Origin: Daphnia carinata
Taxonomy: Eukaryota
Reading direction: 5' to 3'
DNA: 64,000 nucleotides
NCBI RefSeq assembly: GCF_022539665.2
Contig: NC_081332.1
Coordinates: forward strand, 2,666,001 to 2,730,000
Translations under genes and position numbers: made by a program
Notes under the pieces: generated by a model
What the model was told of the DNA's origin: nothing
Databases searched by the model: none
What the model saw: the letters and a program-made list of their open reading frames with translations, nothing else
Shown: positions 12,001 through 23,838 of the stretch, in pieces
How the letters are laid out: each line of letters opens with the position of its first letter
Numbering within the stretch: the stretch's first letter is position 1

Positions 12001-15000
12001 GAAAAAAAGACTAAACCGTGGCAAGAATCGAACCTGGGGCTTTTTCCTACACTCATTGCAGTGTATTATCTAATATGTACACTTGACTGAAACATTTGCA
12101 AAAATGCTGAGTCATTTTTGTTCGATTGCATAATCGTTTTTTTCAGTGCATGTTTAATTTTTCGGGTGACGTTGGTGATTTGCATAATATTTTTCGCCTA
12201 CGACTTTGCGTACCCTGCCTCCCGCCTTGAACTTTTCTGAAAATCGTTGTCCTTGAATCTAATTTGTTGTTGGGTTTGATGTTTCACAAAGGATTCTCCA
12301 AGGAACACTATGCAAAAGTATTTTTTTCTCTTTTGTTTTCCAAGGCCAAGGCAAGACTACTTATTTGTTTTTTTGTTTTTTTCTTACCCTGCCTCTTTGT
12401 GGAGGGTCACGAAACTAAAGCAAAGGATTTCGTCACATGAATATGCACAACGAATTATAGGGATCGCACACGTGTGGAAATGTGATTAAATTTTAAGCAT
12501 GTGTACATCGGATGGATAGTGAATGTTTAGTTGGTCATTTTATTATTTAAAAAAAAAATACATCTACATGACGATAACAGAAATGATGTGGCCATTATGA
12601 ACGAAGAAATCAAACGAAAAGCAGGAAGTTGGTAAAGTTAACGTTGGTAAATCAACAAATAGTCGCAAAATCATTTGGGCACAACTATGTCTCAATTAAT
12701 TCAATTGCATATGTACATAGAAAATGTGCATGCATAGTTTTCAAAAAGAAAAGGACGTTTGTCAACGATGCCCTTCGAGTGTCATGGCGACTGCCGGTCG
12801 GATCGCCTCTCTCCTCTTGCAACCAAAAAGGGAATCGAGTTATATGATAGATTGCAATGATGAAATGACAAGGCAGGATCTAAAAATAGCCGAATGCATA
12901 ATCATTTCGACAAATGCAAATGAGGGAAAACTAAACAAACACCTCTAGAGCGTCACAGCGTGTTTCTCAACTGTGTTTAAAAATAACTGCTGTTGATGCC
13001 CGAGACAGCAAGGTTGACGACTAGACCAGTTTATTCAGCAGTTATTCATCTTTTTTTTTGTTACCTGCATATCTATCTGATTGGAACTATTTCAATTTAA
13101 TGTTGGAAAGACGAAAGAAACAGAACAAGAAAAGAAATTAAAAGGAAAACTGGGAAATTCAAATATGGCGTCGCATATAATATAGGACGACAAGAAGGTG
13201 TGTGAACAGAAAGGCAGCTGGAGCTTGTCACGTGGATAATGAATTGCCATCAGAAACTAAAATAAAACGACGATGATGTCGATGCAAATAAAAACGGTCT
13301 GCTTTCTATATGCACATCTAACTGCACATGGTGTGGCAGCAACAAATCAAAAAATCAGGCTTGCATAAAGGAATGTCAAGGAACCACCTGTCGCTGACTG
13401 CGTCCCACTTTGTTTGGAGAATTTCAAGATCAACTCCAATGATTACGCTATATATACATATTTTACGCAATCGCATCAAGAACAGCCCTTGCATTCTTAT
13501 ATCATACGTCTATGCTAATAAACTTGTTCTTTTTTTCCGTTTTTTAATTTTACTTGGCTCTTGTTAGTCTAAATTTGGTTAACCAAATTTATCAGCTGAT
13601 TGTCTGCAGTTAACTTTTGATTTTTTTTTTTTTCTTTCGGTCTTTTTTCTTTACCTATTAATGGCGTGAATTCACACCAGCAACGAAATTTGTTTGATTA
13701 AAGAGTCCTTATGTATTCACAAAGTACTTGTTATGAGGTTCGACGCTGCCATGTACACTGTTTTATTGCTTGTAGCTTTTTTCTTTTTCTTTTTTTCTAG
13801 CCCAATTACGTATATCTTTTGGGTTCATCCAACGGAGTAATTGGTCCGTCTTTCTCCTTCCCTCGCCCTGATGTGCATACATAGAGAGCTGTGTACGACC
13901 ATGACACGTCCAGTATAAAAACTACAGGAAAGCAGACATAGGGGAGGATATGCGTATAGCCTTGGGGGTGCGCGTGCACAAGCCTCGCTATAACGGATGC
14001 TGTCTGTCCCTTTCGTGCCTTTTTATGCCTTTCCTGTTCTTCCTATCAATCGTAATTGGTCAGGGAGAATTGAAAGCCAACGTCACATTTAAGAGCTTTG
14101 TAACAATTTAGCAAGGCTTCCATATTATGCCTATATAAGATTTTTTTTGTTGGAACGTAACGCAATAATGTTTCGTTTCCTGGTTGGCGAAAGGCAAACG
14201 CTAGTCGAGACCGCGTAGGATATAAGAGACGAAGGCTTGCCGATCAGCTGTTTTCGACCTGTTTTCTTGTTTGAGAGTGCACACTAGCGGCCGTTGCCTA
14301 TTGAAATGCGGGGTCGAAATGTTGGTTCGATTGTGTTCGGGTCGAATGCCATGCACTCGAAAAGAAACTAGACAGGATTTCCCTTGGCAACAAGACGAAG
14401 GAGGCAGCAGCAGCCATGTTGATGGTGTGTGTGCGTAGGTTCGTGGGTGACGTTGCTGGGCAAGAAATCGTGCTTCAATCATTGGCTGCCACTACAACAC
14501 GATTTTACTGGTATTTCTTTTATCCCTCTTGCACCGCTCTAGCCTTTGTTGATAATTGGACGCTTTAATTTTGCGTCGTTTGTAATTGAGTTGTGTTAGT
14601 TTCGTTGCATTGCTAAAAGGATGACGTAAACGTGTCGATACGGTGTGTTTGTGTCGTGCAGCAGAGGACTATTACGAGTCTTGATGATGTACGTTCGTTT
14701 GGTTTCCATCCCTTTCTTCAAGTCTCTAACAATCAATGTTTTTCTAAAATCCGTTCATCGAATGATTGCTGTACACTTGAATTGTTAAAAGTGGGCTGCG
14801 TGGAAAGATGATGTCGTCACGTTGGTCAGATGGCACACGAGAAATCGAATAGCAAGTCAACAAAGGAAGAGAAAAGGAGAGAGAAAGACAAGGAAACTGT
14901 TGGTACGTTGCTGTAGGCCGAGCAGACTCAGGTGATGACCTTTAAACGACCCGGCAACAGCAACAACTCCCCTTGTATTTATTTATATATGTATATACAG

Positions 15001-17603
15001 TATAACATATAGAAAGAAAAGAAAAAAAAAAGAGAAAAAAAGATGAATCTCTTTCTTTTATAGGTTGTTAGGCGCCTCAATTCTTTTTCTTTCTTCGACG
15101 AAACGTACCTTCTCGCCATATCTTTGGGTCTCTCTTGTTTTGTTTTTTTTGTCTTCCTTTCTCTTGCCTCTTGCCTGGTCGTTGAAACGAGTAGATATCC
15201 ACAAGAACAAAGACAATGAAAGACACAGTTTCCTTTTTTCTTCGAGGGAGACTACGTAAAAAGAGTGACGGCCATATGGTGCCGAGTCAAATTGTTGCCT
15301 CTTTTGATTTTTTTTTTTTTTTTTTTTTTTTTTTGTGGTATATTTATAAATCGACCTCCTGCCGAGTGGAGGAATACCTGCTGTCACACACACACACACA
15401 CACACCAAACAGCAGCTACAACACCCCCTTCATTTTTTTTTTCAGGGGGTGAGTTTTGTTTAAAAGAAGAAAAAAAAAAAAAAAATAAAGAAAATTAGAT
15501 GTGCAGCACTGGGGAAGATAATTTAAAAGCAGCTACACCTATGCGTATCTCGATATAAGGTGCAGAGAGACAACAATCAAAATGTAGAGATTATGATAAA
15601 TAAAACGGGAAGAGAAAAATGAAGCAGGTAGGAAGACAATGATGTCCATATGAACGTATAGGCGTGCTGCTGCTGCTTTTACTTCTTGTTGCTACCAAGA
15701 TCGAGCCAAACAGGAGGGGGTTAGCCTCTTTCTTTCCCTCTTGTATTTAGGTATACGTATTAAGTGGGCCTATGTGGGCTGGCTGATTGGCTAGTTGATG
15801 GGCTGGCCCGATGGAGTGGCCGATGGGGCTGGATGCAGCCACACAGCCTATTGTGTCTACACCCTCCCCTGTAGATGTCGAAGAAGAAGCCGGGACGTTC
15901 CGGCACGTCACGGCTATATAGGCTCGTTGTTGTCTGGCCCAGACAATTTAGTTGGTCTGCAAATCGGCTGGCGGACGGACGGAGAGCGCGCCACGGCGGT
16001 CAATCAACTTGTTGACTTTTCTTTTTTATTTTTATTTAGTTTTCTATTTTTTTTTTGTTGTTTCTTTCTTTCTTTCTTTTTCTCGTTTCATTTTGATTGA
16101 AGTGTGTTGCAAAGTGATCCAACATCGACATCTTATTGTTTGACTGTTTCATATTGTCTAAAAAAAAAGTTTAATTTCATAGACGTGCATGTGCGTGCCG
16201 TGTCGCCACCACCACAACAACAGAATTATCAAGTTTTGTAAACGTCCTATTTGGAAGGTGATGTGCCATCAAAGGAGACGTCAGTGACGGGTCGCAATCG
16301 ACTTTTGCCCCACCCCTGCTCAACGAATCTAATCGGTCGTGATGATCAAGTAGGATTTCTTTCAAGTACTTGAACCCTTTCAACTCGATCCTACGTGTTT
16401 TTTTTTGTGTCTGCCCAGTGTGTGCATCAGCGTTCGCAGCCGTTAGCCGACGACAATGAATTGAGACTCGAAGGGGGAAAACAAGTCTGTTGTTGGCTGA
16501 ACGAGGATCACGTGGCCATTGTCTTTATCCGCTGGACTGCAAGCATCGATCACGCCACTCTTCTCTCCACTGCGTTCAACAGGTAGGCCGTTTTTCAATC
16601 CTTATCCGCTCCCGTTGGCCGCATGTAAGAATAAGAAAACGAAAGGCGATATATCCTGCCAGGTGTCCGTCTTTTGACCGTTGCCCGTACGCCTTAGTAA
16701 GCCCAATTCAAATCGCGATTAGCCAATAGGATGTCTCTAATTGGTGTGCTGATGATCGCGTTGCGCACAGGTGATTGTCTTGTCATCACATCGCGTGTCT
16801 CTTTCTCTGGTTGCACTTTGCTTGTCGGATTGCAGCTGGCCTCGTCCCACTAGGCAAAAAACAAAACAAAAGGGAAAACGTGCAGTGTAGGAGCACTGAA
16901 CGTCGGGCATATGTCCAGTACAAATATTTGCTGACAAAAGACCAGGGCAAAAGGAGCCAGCCACGTGTACACACGACCGAATGATGTTATCGTCGAGTGC
17001 CTTTTTTCATTTCCTCTTTGCCATCGTTTGTGTTGCGAACGAAATCTTGTTGCCGAGCCATTGGCCTATTCATTGGCTGATTGTTGCGTGACGTTTGCAT
17101 TTCTGTGGCTGAAAAAAAAAAAAAAAAATGGAAAGAGAAATAGGATGCATTTGCGTAGACGAGGAGCCCTAGTGTCGTGTGACATTCTGAAATGTTCCAT
17201 CGTTTTGGGCCGTAGACAAGGTCCTTCTCGCTTATCTTATCTTTTTTGGAAGGCCAACGCTATCCGATACAAAATCAACATACGGTACAAGTATATGTTT
17301 AGGCCGTCGCCCTTTGTTGAATCTCCCTGTTTGTGTGCATACGTGATGAGAAAGGCAAGCACAAAACATCGACTTTGATTGAAAATAAAATTAGCAAACA
17401 AAGACATTTTTTAAAACAACAGGTGCACTAGGCGAACACACCCCGTTGGGACAGATTATTGCAAGCGGGTCCATAGTCCGGCTACGCCATTAACACACGC
17501 ATTGTGCCTCTCACTCTTGTGTCTGTGTGTGTGTGTGTGTGTCTGTGTGTGTGTGTGGAGAGTTTACGTGATGCTGCCGCTACTGCTCGCTAGTGCCAGT
17601 GGT

Positions 17604-17611
17604 GTATATAA
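17604..17611 (+). promoter_or_regulatory. Candidate TATA box for myoglianin
   Basis: gtgTATATAAAcg followed about 27-35 nt later by CCAGTC/TCCAGT initiator-like motifs. A possible 5'UTR acceptor (tttttcgttgcag) lies at about 18315, before ATG 18358. Confidence 0.35.
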
Positions 17612-18357
17612 ACGACAGCGAGAAACGGACCGTCGGCCAGTCCAGTCTAGAATCGGTCGAGTTGCAGACGAGTTCCCTTTCCCCCCCTTCCCATTTTTTT
17701 TGCCCAGCTTCCATTTTCTCTCCCCGTCATTCTCCTATTTCTCTCTCTCTCTCTCTCTCTTCTCCGTCGCTCTAATCTTTTGCCAACATTAGCCATTTCG
17801 TTTTCTTCGATTCCCCACATAAACGAAGACACAAACAAAACGATATACATATCGAGAGGTGGACAAAAATAACCGAATCAGAGTGTTGCCGTCCTATTTG
17901 CCGGCCTGCCTTCTCTATACAGAACATGCAAAAGTGAATAGTTTTTTTTTGTTTTATTTTTTTTTTTCGATTTGGTTGCCCGCCCGTCGTCCGCTCTACA
18001 AACGTCAGTCGATTGCGTTCAACCTACTTGAGAAGGAGCGCATTCAGTCTGCGTCCTCGTCTAACTTTAAAAAGAAGAATATTATTTATTTCTTGTGGGT
18101 GTGGACTTGCTCGAAAAACGCGTCATCACATCCGTCCGTCTGGCCGCGCGGATCTGGCCATTCTCTAAACGTTTCATATCCTGGCCGCAGTCGTCTCTCG
18201 GCTTGCCTCGCTCTCTCCTTTCTCAGCCGAGAGCGTCTCTTTCTCGATAACCGATTGGGTGCCAAGACGTCCATCCAACAACAGAGAAAAAAAACAATTG
18301 CTCTTTTTCGTTGCAGAATCACGAAAAATAAAAGACGACACACACCAAGAAAGAAGA

Positions 18358-20426
18358 ATGGCTGGCCAACGACGACAGTTCGTGTTGCCATTGCTGGTGT
18401 GGCACGTCGTGTTGATGGCCGTTTGCTGGCCGCAACCAGCGGCAGGTGGATCAGCGCACGTCAAGAGCAGCGACGGAGGCAAATGGACGCACGCTCACCG
18501 GCACCACCATCGCGTCAACGACCCCTACAACAACAACAACAACAACAACAGCAATCAAGATTACGTGCAAGACATGGCGTCTGAAGATAATCTGATCGAC
18601 TACGAGACGGACGAGAACGCGGAGACGAGCAACAACGACGTCAACGTGTCGGACGCTTCGCCGTTGATGGGCGTCTTGGCCGTCGCCGGGCTCCTACATC
18701 CCGTCCAACTGCTCGTCGTGCGTCCGCCGCGAGGAGCTGCGCCGCCGCAACCTGGAAGTCATCAAGGACCAGATCCTCAGCAAGTTGGGCATGCAGCGGG
18801 CGCCGAACATGACGGGCCGTCTGCCGCCGCGCATCCCGCCGCTCGACCACCTCCTCGACCTCTACGGGATGCAAGGGGACGCTCCGCCCGGACGACACTC
18901 TGCTGGCCATCATCACGCGCATCATCAGCACCAGCAGAGCGATCAAGCCTTTCAAACGGGACCCGTGTACGACGAAGAAGACGATGATTTTCACGCCAGG
19001 ACTGAAAAGGTCATCGCCTTCTCGCAACTCTGTAAGTTCGTTTTCAATACTTTCTTCTTCTTTTTTTTTTTTTTTTTTTTTTCCTTATAATATTAGTCGA
19101 TGCGATTATTTGCCCAGCCAATCGATGGACGTTTGACCCGTCTTGGCCAGTCGCCAGTCTCTACAACAACGGCCGTATTGTGTTGGCTTTGCGCGTAGGA
19201 TGTTTAAACGTTGATTCACTCGTCTAACCGTTAATAATTCCAATCAATCAAAATGGCCATTCCCCCCCTTTTTTTTTTAAAGACAAAATATTGTCGTTTT
19301 GAAATTTCAATTGCCCCCTATTTATATGAATGAAAAGAAATGAGATTTAAAAGCGCTTATCTATGTTTGCTTGTTTGTTTTTTTTTTGCGTCGGCGGCGG
19401 CGGCCGAAAGCGATGTGTTATCTAATAGTCTGGCCATTGCCAGTGTGTGTCTGTGTGAATAAGAGACGGTAGCCCAGTGATGGGACGATGGATGATGAGG
19501 AAATGGCCAATCGACTTTGAAAAAAAAAAAGAAAAGAAACTAGCCAACTTTCGGTAGACTTACGCATGGACATTTGAAAGCCAATCGACTGGGCCAATCT
19601 AACGTCTTTTTAATGGCCAGTCGAGAATAGCCAATTTCCAAGAACAAATTTAATATGCCCTTCTAGTTGGTACTTGTATTGCACATTACGTCAAAAGGCA
19701 ATCATTAAATGTGTGCTTTGAAAACGACGGGCAGTGCCGCACGTGAGGCAGGCGCTGAAACGGACCGAATCGACCACCACCAAAGGCATGGAATCGATTT
19801 ACTTTAAATTCTCGGACAAGGTGACGCGCAGCAGCAAGGTCGACAAAGCCAATCTCTGGCTCTACATTCAAAATCAGCAGCCACCGGCGTCGTCGTCGGC
19901 CAGTCACGGCCATCAGCGCCACCACCACCATCATCACCAACAGGCGCAAGTGATCAGCAAATCGGCCAACGCCAACGCCAGCACAGTTTGGATTAACATC
20001 TACAAAGTGGTGCGAGTGCCCGAAGGCGAATCGCCCGTCTTGAGCCCGGTGCGGATGACGCGAGTGGCTTTGCCTCCCATCCTGGAACTGGTGGACAAGG
20101 TGCCGGCCGGCAAGCAGCACAGTCAGACGCAGAGCGGCGGTTGGGTGTCGTTCGAGGTGCGCAAAGTTGTGGCCGAATGGTTCCGATGGCCCGAAGAAAA
20201 CCTCGGACTGGTCGTTCACGCCGTCAACGGCGACCAGCACGCGCCGCCGCCCACTTTCGGCGCCAGCGCAGCAGCGCCACCACCTGCCACCACCACCACG
20301 CCGGCCAGCAGCAGCGCAAGTAAATCGGTTCCGTTTATCGTCAACGATCACGTCAGCGCCGACGGAGCATTGGTATACGATTGTCCTCTCTTTTTTGCAC
20401 GTTTTGCAATATCAAAATTTGAATGT

Positions 20427-20458
<32 letters not shown>

Positions 20459-20860
20459 ATTTTATAATGGGTATAGGTGCCGTTCGTGGAAGTGGTGACG
20501 ACCGACGGACGGAAGCACCGAACGAAGCGGACAATCGGCCTCAACTGCGACGAGACGTCGTCGGAGACGCGCTGCTGCCGCTACCCGCTGACGGTCGACT
20601 TTGTCGAGTTCGGTTGGGACTGGATCATCGCGCCCAAAAAGTACGAGGCCAATTACTGCTCCGGCGAGTGCCCCTACGTCTTCCTTCAGAAATACCCGCA
20701 CACGCACATCGTCCAGCAGGCCAACCCGGCAGGAACGGCCGGCCCCTGCTGCGCCCCGCGCAAAATGTCGCCCATTTCCATGCTCTACTTTGACAACGAG
20801 TTCAACATCATCCACGGAAACTTGCCCGGCATGGTCGTCGACCGCTGCGGATGCTCCTAA
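18358..20860 (+). CDS. myo: Myoglianin / myostatin-GDF11 ortholog, with an apparent 1-nt frameshift in exon 1 as assembled
   Basis: Signal peptide [24 protein letters not shown]; prodomain CSSC...[14 protein letters not shown]; exons 18358-19031, 19735-20372, 20477-20860; furin site RTKR; mature [47 protein letters not shown]...KYPHTH...[15 protein letters not shown]...[11 protein letters not shown]. Confidence 0.95.
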
Positions 20861-20871
20861 ACTTTCTTCTT

Positions 20872-20902
<31 letters not shown>

Positions 20903-23412
20903 GGTTTTTAATATTAGCGTTGTCTTGTTTCTTACGTGTGTACATAGCAACCGAACCTGTTTTTTTTTTTGTTTGTTTTTTTCGACGGTCGGTAGACCCG
21001 TTAAACTTTCTTTTTTTTTTTTTTTCATAAAGTAAAACAAAAACACAAAAAAAAACAAAACAAAAGAACATTGTTTTTTGTGTGTCGCCAAAGTCGTCGA
21101 CACACACACACCTCCTCCCTAAAAACAAAAAAAAAAAAATGAATAATTTCTATTTTGGGTGTTTTGTTTTTGAAACTGGTTTTGTGCTTTCTGTTGTGTC
21201 GTTGGACACGTCAGTTGATGGATGTAAAGCATTTTTTTTTTTTGTTTTCGTTTTTGGGGGAGGGAAAGAAAAAAAAAAGAGAAACCAGTTGCTGCGACAC
21301 AAGGATGAAGAGAGCCGGCCCAGCGAAACGGTGTTTTTTCTTCAACAACCTATAAGGCAATGGACAAGGATGACTCGCGAGGTGGCGGGCAATTGGTTGA
21401 ACGAAGACGGAACGCCGAGAATGAAAACTAAAGGCCGAGAGGAATAACCTTTCAATCTTGGGTTGTGTGTGTATGCCCAATTGGCCAGCAGCTCCAGGCA
21501 AGGACGTCTACATCCTTTTTGTCTTGCTCTTCTTTCTTCTTCTTCTTTGCCCGGCCGAAAAATCCAGTTGGGCGCGCCGCCTTCACCTACAACACCAATC
21601 CCCAATTCTGCTTACGTAATCTGGCGTGAGTCGCTTCACTAATGTCGCAAATTATTATTTTTTTTTTTTGACTTTGTCTCTCTCTCTCTCTCCCTCTCCT
21701 TTAAAAGAGAAGCAGCCACTTGCTCTTGGCCTAGAAAATAGTTGACCCGTGCAGTTTCTCTTTTTGATGATATGTTGTACGTTGTTTCCCTAAAAAAAAT
21801 TGATTTGCGTCTGCTGTTCGTTTCCGGGTTGCCATAATGCGGATGTGATAACAAGACTGTGACATGTTCATCTATGATGTAACTGAAAAAAAAAAAAAAA
21901 AAAAATCTAAAAAAAAAAGAAAAAAAAAAAAAAAAGAGTTTGAGAAGGCACAAGAACAGGAAAGAGAGAAAAGCCAAGTTTGTATCGTGTCGTGTGCGTG
22001 CGTCAGCTGGGCGTCTCCGTGGAATGACGTCATCAGCGCTACTCGTCGTTGCGAAAGAGATGACCAATCGATAATGCACTTGTCGTAATCGAAAAAAAAA
22101 AGAGAGGCGCGCCTTGTTTGAACTGCATTGTGATACCCAGTTATTGATTGATACGTCATTTGTCATCATTGATCATCCCAATCGTTTCTTTGTTTTCCTT
22201 CTCTTTGCATTCACCATTATTATAAATAGATTATTTGCCTTTTTCGTAACACTTGTTTTGATCAAAACTTTCAAATGACCCAAATGTCTCTTTTTCTCTC
22301 GTTCAATATCGGTGCACGTTTTGTTTCGTCTCAGACGCGCCACTCAATTTGCGACGACGCGCCCCACGTCCATGAAACGTGTCACTGAGCTACTTGTCTG
22401 CTTCGTTCCCTATGTGTGCCAATGCCATTGAAATTGCCAATTTTCTGTTGCCGACTGACGAGCAAAAAAAAAAAAAAAAAAAATGAAAGTAGATTGCAGA
22501 AAAAAAAAAAAGAAATGTTTCTCTGTGCATTTATTGACTTTGTCAACCCACTTGATCGCCGTCATTTCGGGCGGGAAATTGAAACGTAACGAACGAAAAA
22601 GGGGCAAATATATTTAGTATTTGAAACTATTTCACTTGTCGTTGCAATGCCCTTGCAAGATGAACATCGTTGGCTGCACCCCAGTAAGATGAGATGGATA
22701 ACAATAAAAGGACAAGTGCAACTCACCTTTGCGAAACGCGCAGTGGACTTGTGCAAATCCTTTTGGCTGCTTGCCTCTCGAACGTGCGCGTCAGTGAAGA
22801 AGCATTGCAAAAGGGTTGGCACGACGTGACCCCCAAAAACCCAACAATGTCGAAACAAAGTCAAGGGTAGGAAACGATTAGTCGAAAAAGAAAAGGGAAG
22901 ATGAAAAAGTGGGGACACGTCACAGAGTATGGGAACGTGATGTGGCTGGAATTCCATCCAACGGCAAGGTCGGTCATGTAACTCATCCAACGCCAGCCAA
23001 CTCCGCATCTTCCGAAGAAAGCGCACTCGGCAAGGTCGTCCGTCCAACTTTGAGTTTGGCTCCCTTCTCGCTCTTGGCACCGTCGTCAACACTCGCCTCC
23101 ATTTATGGATGTTCTAATAATAATGGAGGCACACACAAATCAATTGTTTCCAACAACTACACCATCACGAATGTTGCTCAACAAGATTTCACCTTTGCCT
23201 CCTTTGCATCGACCAACTGTGTTTTTCCTAGGAAAAACAAACCTACTTTTATGTTGACGATGCGAATGGCACCAGTTGTCCCATCCAATTCAAATCAAGA
23301 TGATTCATCATCTCTATCGGTCACATCAGTGGGTGTAGTCAATTCACGACAACTTGGCCCACCTGTTTTATTAATAGAAAATCACGACACGAAACGGGCT
23401 TTTGTATAGCCA

Positions 23413-23418
23413 TTTATT
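23413..23418 (-). terminator. Candidate AATAAA polyadenylation signal of the SelU-like gene
   Basis: tttatt on the + strand, about 420 nt past the stop codon and downstream of the SECIS candidate. Confidence 0.45.
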
Positions 23419-23524
23419 GGAAAGAAAAACAGCTGGACGCGCCAAAGACGAGCGCAAGATTTGGGCAAACGTTTCAGGTCAGAATATCAACAAGTTGTGT
23501 TCACGGAATCGCACACACAAATCA

Positions 23525-23610
23525 CGTTGACTCTACATTTCAACCTCCCGTCCAGTGCACAGCACTTTTTCAGACTTGAAAATAAAAGAGGTGTCATCAA
23601 GACCATCACG
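23525..23610 (-). promoter_or_regulatory. Candidate SECIS element (type 2-like, bulged helix II)
   Basis: Minus strand reads AUGA-C-ACCUCUU-[UUAUUUUCAA]-GUCU-G-AAAA-AGUGC-UGU-GCACU-GGAC-GGGAGGU-U-GA-A. It lies in the 3' UTR of a gene with an in-frame UGA. Confidence 0.55.
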
Positions 23611-23838
23611 AATCACAAATAGACAAGTCGATGCTTTTCGTCCATCATTTTTAGGTAAGGAAACAAAAGTCAAAAACAAAACATGCAAAATACCGACGAT
23701 ACATGTCGGAGAATATTTTGGGGTGGACAGAAAACAAAAAAAAAAAAAAGGTCAAGGCTCAAAGAACAGCCGCGATATTACAAAAAAAAACAACAACATA
23801 AAGTTGAATAGACTTTTCCGTTTCAATGTGGGTCAGTC

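Noticed and set aside
22318..22385. GC-rich hairpin (minus strand GGGCGCGUCG...AAA...UGGCGCGUCUGA) as an alternative SECIS
   Set aside because: It lacks the 5' RUGA core (has GUGG), the quartet register does not fit, and it lies about 1 kb beyond the AATAAA at 23413.
23612..23648. AUGA-UGGACG-AAAA stem as SECIS
   Set aside because: Only about 6 bp separate AUGA from the As, and the 3' GA is out of register.
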